This document shows positions 11,732-23,000 of a DNA stretch of 26,516 nucleotides, piece after piece (within the stretch, counting starts at the first letter, position 1; the number at the start of each line of letters is the position of its first letter). The stretch comes from Ginkgo biloba (Eukaryota; Plantae; Ginkgophyta), in the NCBI GenBank assembly GCA_024626585.2, contig JANKJI020000004.1:144620819-144647334 (forward strand), read 5' to 3'. The notes beneath the pieces are model-generated. The model was not told where the DNA came from. It did not search any database and saw nothing but the letters and a program-made list of their open reading frames with translations. A program made the translations under genes and the position numbers.

Positions 11732-12264
11732 GATAATTTATGAAATTCATTTGTATATTCCTTGATTGTTAGTCCAAGCTTTTGTCGAAATTGTTGTCAT
11801 TCAATGAATTTCTCATCCATATACCCAAGTGGGTAAAAGTGCTTTCAAAGTACTCTCTTAAGTTCTTACCAAACTGTCAATTGAGGAAGTCCTGCCTCTC
11901 TTCTAGTTCTACAATATGATTTCCACTAGTAACAAGCATTTTCAGTAAATCTGAGCTTAGCAAATCTAATTTTATCAACATTGAAAAAAATTTAAACCTC
12001 AAAATAAGCTTCAAACTAACAAATCCATGAGTCCAAGGTATCAACATCCAATTCACCATTGAAACAAGGAATTTCTAGCTTAATTAGATTATGGCCTCCA
12101 AAGGCTTGTGTCTTTATTGAAGATGATTTTCCTTTATCAACAAAACGCTGTGATTTGAGCATTTCTACAAAAAAATTTAGCAACTCTTCTTGTTGAACTT
12201 GAAGAGAATCTACTATAATCCTCCTCATAATGTTGATGTTTGATTCTTCCTCCTCTCCTGACAT
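11732..12264 (-). mobile_element. Decayed Ty3/gypsy gag remnant (minus strand), running into the N gap
   Basis: ORF 12016-12264 ends KLEIPCFNGELDVDTLDSWIC. It continues in frame as *FEAYFEV*IFFNVDKIRFAKLRFTENACY*WKSY..QLTVW*ELKRVL*KHFYPLGYMDEKFIE*QQFRQKLGLTIKEYTNEFHKL, a typical plant gypsy capsid pattern. Confidence 0.9.
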
Positions 12265-12461
12265 AAATTCCTCCTCTTTTTTCTTTAGCGATAAGAATTG
12301 GTTTGCGAACTTTTCTTTGCTTCTTAGGAGAATACAAGGGAGGTATCACAAGTACAATACCTTTTTCCTTGGATGTGGATCTTGTCCAAGGTTTCATACA
12401 CTCCACGCAAGAATTATGGATGAGAAAATTGAATTTTCAATTACTACAACCTTAGAAACTT

Positions 12462-12474
12462 GGCTCTAATACCA
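12462..12474 (-). other. Primer-binding site (tRNA-iMet) of the minus-strand gypsy element
   Basis: The reverse complement reads TGGTATTAGAGCC (one mismatch to canonical), 3 nt after an LTR-type ...ATCA end at 12478. Confidence 0.85.
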
Positions 12475-12477
12475 AAT

Positions 12478-13262
12478 TGATTTGAATTTATGCAATTCAA
12501 ATGGCTTGCTTGAGATTACAACTCTTAGATAACAAGTGTGTGGGTGTAACTGTATAGTTTGCACATGAAATAACAAGGAAAACTAAGAAAATCCCACAAG
12601 AAAATGATGCACATGCAATATTCAGAGTTTATTTATGTGCACAATTGGTATTACATAGAAAAATGTGAAACCATATCCTCTAGCAAACTGTAATTCTATT
12701 GTCATACCCGTAATAGACCTTAGTTTTATTATGTAGGTTGAGGCACTTTACTTCTCTTTGTTGCCCACTTTTGCATACGCAAATCCACCATCCAAAAGAT
12801 CCTCTAATTCCTTGTCTTCAACTTTATATTTAGAATACAACAATAGGAGAAATGAATCATTTCATTTTCCAACTAAACCATTTACAATTTTGCAAAAATA
12901 ATTCTCGTAGGCATTAGGATAGCCTGTAATAAAATAGATATAACTTTTAAATGATAACTTTGTTTAGGATGCTCTTGGGTGCATTTCAAAGAGAATGGAT
13001 AGTTATATAACTTCTATTTTGAATGCAAAATATAATTCTTTACAAATTTGATGTTGAAAGTAGGGGAATTTACTACTGTATTTTGAATTTAATAAAAGAA
13101 TATTAACATTTTCCCTTTTTTGAATTTTGATTATTCCTCCCACCTTACAAAGTAATGGTATCTCATTACTTTAAAATCCAATGATGGAAATATGTGCCAA
13201 TTGTTCATCACCATATCATTGTGCTCAATGTGGATATTATCCTTACTTGGACACTTTATACA
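12478..13262 (-). mobile_element. 5' LTR of the minus-strand gypsy element (far boundary uncertain)
   Basis: CA end adjacent to the PBS. The distal boundary is guessed at a minus-strand TGTATAAAGTGTCC near 13262 and is not confirmed by a target-site duplication or second LTR. Confidence 0.45.
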
Positions 13263-14529
13263 TCTTTATTTTGTAGATCTCGCTTGCTTAACTTATGCAG
13301 TTATCATTGCATCTTCTTGCAATGGTGATATAAGATAAGGATCTAATTCCAAAGAATATGTTAAGAGTAGCTTTAGAATCCTTCGACAATGGTGGTATAT
13401 ATTACTTGAATTGATCTTCATTAAAAACTGAAAGTATGCAAGGAATGGAAGAATATCTAACAAGATGCAATTGGTCTAACAATTTTCAAAATTGTGCATG
13501 GACCACACGTTATAATATAAATCTTTTAATTAGGCCCTTTGAATTGCTCCTTTAGAAAATGCAACCATACTTTGTCTCCAACTTTGGGCTTATGTTCACT
13601 CCATCATGACGCTTCTTATAACTTTGTTGAGACTTATTCAACATCTCTTTAACTTATTAATGAATTTTCAAAATATATTCAATGAACTTTTTAGCCTTTT
13701 CTGTGGCCTTCAAAACTTCTGTATCTGGAATGAGGGGACTTGAATTGCAGATTTCTACAGTTAGTAAAAACATTTTTGGATACCTCCGATATTATCCTTC
13801 AAGTTTCTTCCTTGGTGAAAAGTGTATGAACTTTGAAGTAGTAGATAAGCCTACTTCTAAAATCTGAAACAACAGACAAGTGCAATGCATGTTTAATTTT
13901 TGCAGAATCAGACATCCATCATCGGTTCACATCCAGTTGCCACAAGGTATAATATTACACGGTAACTCACAAAACTCTATTTGCCAAAAGTTGCAAAAAG
14001 ATTATTGAACTGAATATCTGCCTTGAAGTGTGACATTCTATTATCTCAAATTTTTCATCATATCAGGTGGCATTGTTAACAAAGCTTGTTTATCCCTCTC
14101 ATTTTGTTCATAATTGAGAGGCAAAATTCAGTCATGAAAACATGCTGTCTAGAATGTGAGTCATTAGAGACCACAAATTGGATGAAGATTTACTTTGTTA
14201 TGTCACAGTCCAGAGTTGGATGGGTGCATGATGCTCAACAGAATATGTATATGGATGCTTTTTGCTCAATGCCCATATCACTTAGGTATCAAAATGTTGT
14301 TGAATGAATTGTTGGAGACCAAGAACTGCACCTATTTTCTTTGTTCAGGGCACAATTCCGGAGTAGTATGGGTGCACACTTTCATATGCTTAATGCCCTC
14401 AACACCTTATCCATGGAGACATTGGTGAAGTTTCCCTGCCATGTTCAAAAGACAAAAATATAATTTTGATGTGTATCATCCCGTGCTCGTCATTCAATAG
14501 CAGTTATTGTTAGCAGGATATTTCTTATT

Positions 14530-15619
14530 TGTACCTGACAGAATACAAAGATATCGACAAAAGATACGTTAACTGGCCACAGACGATGTGGCAGCCGAAG
14601 TAGTCAAACACCTGGAAGACTGTGAGGCAACAACAATTGACAGGGTGACATCCACAGAGGGCACGACATGTAATGGAAGATGAAATAGAATCAAAACCAC
14701 TTTAGACAAGTGAAAATTGCCTTAAGACAGGTCAAAACTGACTTGGAAGGAGCAAAACCGCTTTAAGGACTGTCAAAACCAGTCAAAACAAGCCTTATAT
14801 CGTTGGCCAAAGGTCCAAATAATGACATGGCCGTTTTAAGGATGACGTGGCAGTCCAAATGATGATGTCAGCAGCAAAAATCTGCTGGTCAAAATCAGTG
14901 GTCAAACGGAATCAAAGTCATTCGTCAAACCTGGTCAAAGGTGCAGAAGTTTGACAGCAATTAATGCTAAGAAAATCGGTGGTCAAATCTGGTCAAAGTT
15001 GCAGAAATCAGACTGATTAATGCTTACAGTCACTGGTCAAAGACGCAGATGTTGACCAAATTATACACATTAATGAGCCGCATTTAATAAGGAGTACGGA
15101 TTAGTAAAGATGATGCCAGCTAACTTAAATGAAGGCATTTATGATGTGGTCAAACTTGGTCAATGTGAACAAAGCTGCCTTAAGGTACAATGATGACATC
15201 AGCTGACTTAAAGTACCAAAAAGTGATGTCAGTAGCAATTATGATGCGGTCAAACTTGGTCAAGCAGGGTGAGCCAACCTGTAGTATGGATATGACGTCA
15301 ACACTAATCAAGAGATATTTTGATGCTGTCAAACTTGGTCAAAGCCGACTTAGGTTAACAAATAGTGGCATTTAATACTTATAAATTCATACTAAAGGAC
15401 AATCAAAGGACAATGCCATAAATGGACATTAATGAGGCTGCAATTAATCCTAAAATAGGGCATATTTATGAGGAGAGAGAATGTAAGGGTTGTGACCCAT
15501 TTTTGGGAAAATTCATGCCATATCATTAAATGAAAAGAGAAAATCTATATATAGGAGAGAGAAACCCTCCTTCAAATGTGAGATCTGAGTATTAAATACA
15601 TTTTTCAGTGTGAGAGCCA
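14530..15619 (+). mobile_element. LTR-like block (U3 with internal subrepeats, then TATA), cut by a gap
   Basis: GC-richer than the background. Repeated GGTCAAA motifs and three copies of TGATG(T/C)(G/T)GTCAAACTTGGTCAA (15142, 15242, 15321) are followed by CTATATATAGGAGAGAG at about 15545. This layout is typical of plant retrotransposon LTRs; the family is not identified. Confidence 0.6.
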
Positions 15620-15849
15620 NNNNNNNNNNNNNNNNNNNNNNNNNNNNNNNNNNNNNNNNNNNNNNNNNNNNNNNNNNNNNNNNNNNNNNNNNNNNNNNNN
15701 NNNNNNNNNNNNNNNNNNNACATGGGAGCCTAATAAGCTTGGGGTGTGCGTTTGAGCCTTGAGTTTGGCCAACTCAAAATAAAAAAAAAATCAATGGGCC
15801 AATTTGAAAGTTTGAGAATGATGATGCTTAGAAGGCTAACTTTAATATT

Positions 15850-15897
15850 TACTGTACCTTTTTTTCATTGAAATACTGTACCTTTTTTTCACTGAAA
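15850..15897. repeat. 24-bp tandem duplication
   Basis: TACTGTACCTTTTTTTCA(T/C)TGAAA x2, one mismatch. Confidence 0.95.
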
Positions 15898-16089
15898 TAT
15901 GTTTGCTTATATTGCTTAAGCAATTATGCATATATGGAGCCTTTTCAACCATTACAAAAGGGGCCTACCTCCAGTGCTCAAAATTACATCATGCATCTGG
16001 GTACAAAAGATGACAAAAGCAATGCCTCTAGTCTAGAATTACACTTGGGTAGGTTGAGTACTCCTAACATCACATTATACACTCATATA

Positions 16090-17960
16090 TAGTAACTCCA
16101 TGTTGTCCCAACAATCCTACAAACAAGTGAACAAAAAGGGACAACAATATGGGTTCCAACTATGATTGCATGCAACAAACTCACTCTAGCCAACTTCTTG
16201 ACAACGTCCATTTTATTATCGCTAATTTCCAGGGTGTTTGAGAAATTAGGAGGTGCACTGGAATTGGAAGAGAAGGCCTTTGAATGAGACCTTAAGCTGT
16301 GATCCTTGAGCTGAACAGGTTCTGCATGCATGTGCTGTTATTGGAGACATTGGATTTAATATTGAGGGGAGCCCTCGAAGGAGTGGTTGCAGAGGGTGAG
16401 GGTCATGCTCTCAGGGGTGTTAAAGTAGAGACAGGATCTTGTTTCTATTTGTTGTTTACTCTTGAAGTTGAGGAACTCCCAATACTGCTGCTTCTGGGTG
16501 GTCTCAAGTATTGGTAACTAACAGTGGGCAATTGGTTCTAAATGGCATAATAATTAGAGATTTTGGTAGATGTACTTTCAGTCTGTTAGTCTCTATTCCA
16601 GAGCATGGACTGACATCTCTGTCAGTGTTCTACATCTTCTGCCTCTCAAAGGTGGAAAGCTTGTGATGAGCCAAATAAGGAGCATATTAAAATTCTATTC
16701 ATGGCTAATGTTTTAGGGGAGGCAGTTTCAACTTTCCTGGGATATGAGAAGGGATTTGGATCTTAGAAACATGTAATAAGAGGAGGATCTAGAAAAGTGT
16801 ACGAGGCAGAATTTTCTTATTATAGAGTGCCATTGGCATTGAGAAGCTCCTCCATCAAAATTTCAATGCAACAAATGCATTATAGGAAAGACAATATGTG
16901 CTAGGTAGGGGGAACAGTTGGTCATATTAGACATAATTCTTGTTACTCATCTAGCTTATGTCACCATGCATAACAAGAATGGTAGCCGCTAACAATCTTT
17001 ATCAAGGATTGCAGTAGGGGCCTTAAAAATAAGCATGGACTAAACATTTTACATTGTCTTGGGAATCATATTGGGTCTCCAATACTTGTATGTTCGCATC
17101 AATCCATAGATTATTCAACATCATCTACAAATGAAGCATGCTTCTTTGAACTAAATATGAAGCATATGTTGCAAATTTTGGGTTGGCAAATGCATTTCTT
17201 GTAAGTACTACTTTGTGTTGGTAGCTTGAATGTAGTAAACAAGAGGACCTATAATTGACGGGTATGGTCAAAACTTGAAATAAGCTATTTGATTTTTGTA
17301 GGCCAAAAGTGGTTGGGAAATGGCTTGATTACTAAAAATGGAGCAACATGTTGTAGGTTGGTAGAATCAACCTTTTTGCTAATGCATGTGAAATGCCATT
17401 TAAACCTTGGCATTCACATAAGAAGAATACATTATATAAATAGTAAAATGCTTGTTGATCTTAATCATGTTAGTAGTACAAGATGATTACTTATTCCTTC
17501 GAGATGGATGAGTGGCTATGTTAGTTTGCAATAATCCCATGCCTGACTGGATGTTGCAAAACAATTTGGTAAAGACCTAAAACATCTCACATAAATTGAA
17601 GTTGAGAAAAATTGTTCTAAAATAGGGGACTTGAAAGTAAGATGACCCTCGTGTAATACAAAAGGGGTATTACATTCAAGGACCAACAAAGTCTGATTTG
17701 TGTTAGTAAGCCTTAATACTACTTACCGTCATGTTCAACCAATCTTGGTGTAGTTACTTGTCATTCAAGGCCGACAAGCTTGACTAATTCTAGTGAAGTT
17801 GCTTGTTGCCCATTGCATAATGGTTGGGTCGAGACTCCTTGGATGCCCAAATTATTGCAGTAGTCTAAAAGCTTGCAACTTTCATGCTCTTGGGTTAATG
17901 GTCATGGCTACGTCCTCTCCTCCTTAGTTGGCAATTGTCATTGTGGGTTGCTATTCATCT
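16090..17960 (-). mobile_element. Probable highly decayed LINE (L1-type) ORF1 remnant
   Basis: Minus-strand fragments appear in the order expected for plant L1 ORF1: SIYVRCFRSLP..QAW..GISNHLVLL (about 17600-17475), KPFPNHFW (17303-17326), and a degenerate knuckle YHSCYAW*HKLDE* (16943-16984). An S/P-rich low-complexity region follows. Many stops; similarity is weak. Confidence 0.4.
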
Positions 17961-18500
17961 CCTAATGTTTCTTGTTTTGGAGTTTCACATATTATCAAAG
18001 ATTCTCTAGAAACCAAAAAACAAGGATTTTTTTAGAAATAGTGAATGGCATGCAATGCTTATTTGAGAAATTTATATGTTTTAGCTCGTTTTTGTAGATA
18101 GTGATTTTTTTTCCAAATCAACAATATTATTGATATGAGCCATTTGAAAAATAAATAAATAATGGAAACAATCTCAAAACGCAACTAAAATTAAAAAAGC
18201 CTTTCTATAAAAGAAATTATCAATGCAAAATATTAGTTTATTCAATGTATTTCACTTTTCTCTTTAATTAGTTTACTAACTAACATTACTTGCATACTAG
18301 AAACACTTAAAATATTACCAAAGATACTGTTGGGTACCCAACATGCCCCGCAGGTTTTCCCTCGCGGGGGCCCCCTTTTTTTAATTCTACCGTGACCATC
18401 CCCGTTGTTGTCATCATCTCCAGTCGACTCCATAGTGACTTCTCGCCGCGTGATGATTCATTCCCTAGAAAATGACATTGACGCCCTGGCTGATTTGCGT

Positions 18501-18600
18501 NNNNNNNNNNNNNNNNNNNNNNNNNNNNNNNNNNNNNNNNNNNNNNNNNNNNNNNNNNNNNNNNNNNNNNNNNNNNNNNNNNNNNNNNNNNNNNNNNNNN
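18501..18600. other. Assembly gap (one of seven: 1051-1150, 3065-3164, 5546-5645, 11632-11731, 15620-15719, 18501-18600, 19787-19807)
   Basis: Runs of N. Six are exactly 100 nt, a placeholder size, so true distances and contiguity across them are unknown. Confidence 0.99.
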
Positions 18601-19221
18601 AGGAAGAATCTTGTCAAGAAATGCGTTGAAATGTTTTTTGAGATTGCAGAGAATAAAGAAGACTACAACAAATTTTATGAGGCGTTCTCCAAGAATATTA
18701 AGCTGGGTATTCATGAGGATAGCCAGAATAGGTCCAAGCTTGCTGATCTACTCCGGTATCACTCTACAAAGAGTGGAGATGAGATGACCAGTTTGAAGGA
18801 TTATGTGACCCGAATGAAGGAGGGGCAGAAAGATATATATTATATCACTGGTGAAAGCAAAAAGGCCGTGGAGAACTCTCCATTCTTGGAACGTTTGAAG
18901 AAGAAGGGCTATGAAGTTCTCTTCATGGTTGATGCTATTGATGAATATGCTATTGGACAATTGAAGGAGTATGATGGGAAGAAATTGTTGTCCGCAACAA
19001 AGGAGGGTTTGAAGTTGGAAGAAAGTGAAGATGAAAAGAAGAAAAAGGAGGAACTCAAGGCCAAGTTTGAGGGACTCTGTAAGGTTATCAAGGACATTCT
19101 TGGTGAGAGAGTCGAGAAAGTTGTGGTTTCAGACCGTGTTGTTGATTCTCCTTGCTGCTTGGTCACTGGAGAGTATGGTTGGACTGCCAATATGCAACAA
19201 AATCACCAGACAAAATTTTGA
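18601..19221 (+). pseudogene. HSP90: Cytosolic HSP90 fragment (middle domain to start of C-terminal region); 5' end hidden in the N gap, 3' end truncated
   Basis: 198 stop-free codons (18601-19194), RKNLVKKC...KLGIHED...[16 protein letters not shown]...[17 protein letters not shown], match plant cytosolic HSP90. The conserved continuation ERIMKAQALRD...MEEVD is absent. It is replaced by QQNHQTKF and a stop at 19219-19221. Confidence 0.9.
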
Positions 19222-19807
19222 GAGACATGGTGAAGCCTTTGCAAAGCTGCCACCTGTCACTTGTCATCATTCATTCCCTCTCTGTGTGCAGACCTGATGA
19301 ATTTTTGGGGGTGGGGATATTTTTTTGACTCAATGCCTTATAACAATAAAACCAATTGAAACAACGAGAACAATCTCAAAATTCAAATAATTCAAAAAAG
19401 GTCTTCATGTAAAACAAATCTTCAATCCAATTTTCCTTTGTTGAGATAATTCTAAATTATACTACATAAGATATAACAAAATTGCAAACCAATTAGGTAG
19501 TTTTAATAATAAAATCCAATAAAATAATAGTCAAACTCCACATTACCACATTGAAAAGAGGTAGTACAAATATCAACATAGTATCACATAACAATCATAG
19601 AATAATGGAAAACAACCCTGTAAGATGGATCACTAGCTCCTAGAATTATTTGACTTGTCTACTCCATTAGATTGCCCAAATGGTGCGTTAAGGTCAAGTC
19701 GAGGGTTCTAGCAAGGTATGGAAGAGGCTATTTGCTTAGAGATAAACTGTTTGCCGCTTTTTGAATTTCCAACATCACCTCTCAAGNNNNNNNNNNNNNN
19801 NNNNNNN

Positions 19808-20002
19808 GTAGTAGCCATGAAGTTGATGGTGGTGAGGGCAATCCGAAAAATTAGTTGTATTTAGTGTTCTTTTGTCTTATTTTTATTAGCTAATAGAATG
19901 GATGTACTGAGTAGCGGCCATGAGGTTGATGGTGATGAGGGCAATCCGAAAAATTAATTGTATTTAGTGTTCTTTTGTCTTCTTTTTATTAGCTAATACA
20001 AT
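19808..20002. repeat. 103-bp-period tandem duplication
   Basis: GTAG..GCCATGA.GTTGATGGTG.TGAGGGCAATCCGAAAAATTA.TTGTATTTAGTGTTCTTTTGTCTT.TTTTTATTAGCTAATA.AAT occurs at 19808 and 19911, immediately after the 21-N gap. Confidence 0.95.
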
Positions 20003-23000
20003 AAAAAATTAAAATTAGTTGTAATGAGTATTTTGTTGCATTTATCTTACATATTCCATTAAACTAAATGGCAAAGATGATTTCCCTTATTCTTTATGTC
20101 GTGTAAGTATCTTTAATAAACAACAAATTTAAAAAAATATGAAAGCTCTTGTTATGGATGATCATTAAAAATGATTGGTGGTGTTGATAATGATCATCAA
20201 CAATGTAATTGTGGATGATCATCATTAATAATCATGAATATCATTAACTTTGATGATCTCATCAATGGTGTTGATTATATCATTCATAATCAAGTCCATT
20301 TTTACAAGTATTATAATTATTTTGTTGAAAACAAGCATATTCTTGATTTGCAATCAAGGGCTACTTTTCTTGTCAAAAAATAACTTTGTACATATATTTT
20401 TGTAATTGTTTATGCATGCATGCACCCCTATCTCTTAGAAAAAGGTAGGGTGCCAAAATGTTGTTTATCCATATGATTGGCCTTGTATGTATCCATTCAA
20501 AGTTTATTTATAAAATATTAAACCGATATAAAATAAAGAAAAGTATAATTAAAATAATAATAAATTGGTAATCTAATATCTATATATGAACCAATATTAT
20601 TAAAAAAGGTGGGGCAAAAATGTTTTATCTAACAAAAAATCAAAACATTATACATGTTTGTAGTTGAATCAAAAGATATAATAAAATTAGTTGGAATATT
20701 AAATAATAATATATCTATCAAAATAATAATAAAGTAGCTATTCTAATAATCTAACTATTTTGTATTATTATATAAAGGAATAGGTTGGCAAAATGTGTAC
20801 CTATTTAAGAAATTAAATATTTTTAATTAGAGTTGCCTAATATTTAAAAAATAATAATAAAATAATATACAATTATGACATAAATTGTTAAAAGACTAAT
20901 GAAGTCATCTATACTTTAGATCTATACTATCATATTAGGAGGTGCTAAAAGGTCTTCCATCTAATGGTACCATTGATATTTTGTTAAAGTTGATTTGAAA
21001 TATATTGGAATATATAAGGATAAAATTACTATTTACATAATAATAAAACATTGGTCTACAATATTTAATCTTAGAGCAAGTCATTAAATAATTGTATAGT
21101 AGTGATTTCAAATACTACAAAAGAACAAGGCCATAATCTTAATGCTTTTAGCTTTACAACATTTCTTCAACAAATTGATGCTTCTATCCATATGAATGGT
21201 TGGAGCAAGTTGTAATGGGATGGTTCCGCCTCTTTTTTTAAATATGGAATCCTTTTTGTTGACCTTATAATATAATCATTAATGATGTAATATTTGTTTC
21301 TTGTGAACATGTGTTTATATTGCCATATTCCATCTCGTTCAACTCTTTTGTACAACTTTCTTCCTTGCTATTATGTAATGATGATTGCTCTTATAACAAT
21401 TTCCCTTATGAATAATTGAATTATGTTATAATTCACATCATCTTGTAAATACCATTGTGGTTGGTTCACTCAAGCCTATAATTTATATAATAACTAGCTC
21501 ATCCAACTTTGGTATTATGGATGGCTTGCTCAACTTCGTAGTTGTTGCCATGGTTTATCGGTCTAGTCTTATATTTGTTACATTGACTTGTCCAAATTTA
21601 TGTATGTTGTAGTTGACTCTCCTAATTGAGGAAATATTACCATGCTTGATTTGTCCACTACTTGCTATTAGAATTGGTTTGGTTAAGCTTGTATGTATTG
21701 AGAGTTGGACAATCTAACAAAATATTTGCTCTAATTAACTCAATGAACTTTGTATGTGCTGATGGAGTCACTTCATTCAATTTTCTAACCAATATTATAG
21801 TCAACATTCCACCTTTGAGATTGTTTATCTAGTTGCATACATTGTTGGAATTCTTCCTTTCTTTGTTACCATCATTGTAATTAACTTGTCCATTATTGTG
21901 GTTCATTTGTCCAACTTTGATCTATTGTTCAAGTGAAATCCTCCAACCATATAACTATTGTTGTGTTCTAATTGTCTAATAATAAAACTATTGTTGGAGT
22001 ATTGCCATTGAGCAATGTTTGTCTATTGTGATTGACTTGATTGGATACATAAACATTGTTGCAATTGACTTGTGTAATGCTTAAGCCAATGTTAGTGTTG
22101 TCACATCCATAACTATACTTGTTGCGATTAACTTACCTAACTCTAATATATAACTAACATTTTGGGTTTTTGTTGTACATGTTGAGGGAACCTTGATGAT
22201 CCGACCACTTCAATTTGAATAGCAAATATCACAATAATTATAATGTAGGCATAAGGTAATTTTCAATGTATGTACGAAATACCATAAATATAATATATCA
22301 GATGCCTTAAAGATAAGGTTGTCACAATGTTGCCTTCAGAGGTCGCCACTCATTTCTTTCCAAGAATCAAGCAATGAATTTACAAAAGATAAACATACAT
22401 AATGGTGATTACATATGAGACTTTAGTGCCTTTATATACTCACAATAGGGCCTCTTTCCAACCTTAACTCACCTTTAACCTGCGTTGTCATGGTCTCTTA
22501 GAATACAAATTCGGTTACCCATATATATTAATATAGTTAACTTACATTTGTCTCTACATAACTACAATTGTTTATATTCATTAGTGTAAACAACATTCCA
22601 TCCATCTTAACATGCTTTGTCATTGAAAGATCTGTCATAGCCATTTGATTGCATATCTACAAGTGTAAGACTATCTTTTAGGATTTTAAAGGCCCTTTAG
22701 TTTATTACATTCCTCGTCTTAAGATGTTATTACCTCAAAGCATTAATTGACGTGTACTTACACTAGCTCCTCTTGTTGTGTCTCTCTTCCACTTGATACT
22801 TTCCATGTTGGGTTATTCTTGGACATGGTTCTCTTGTTGCTTTTAAAATTAATATCTTCACGATGCTTTTTTGTGGTCTCACCATCTAACTTCGTGATAA
22901 TGAGTATGCCTATATGGTTTGATTTGTTTAGATCTCGTATCTTCTTTTATAATAGGTGAGGTATTACTATCAAGAACTTGTATGTATACCATTTAATGTG

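Noticed and set aside
14880-15345. Spaced GGTCAAACTTGGTCAA repeats considered as a CRISPR-like array
   Set aside because: Repeats are degenerate, spacing is irregular, spacers resemble each other and there are no cas genes; it fits LTR subrepeats.
18346-18382. GC hairpin plus T7 resembling a bacterial intrinsic terminator
   Set aside because: The context is eukaryotic with no bacterial gene upstream; kept only as a structural finding.
2881-18714. ORFs containing X runs (2881-3204, 2977-3186, 5470-5673, 5510-5737, 18307-18714, 18405-18629, and the MTLTPWLIC start of 18472-19221)
   Set aside because: Artefacts of translating through N gaps.
18748-19297. Alternative-frame and antisense ORFs over HSP90
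   Set aside because: By-products of the HSP90 codon pattern.
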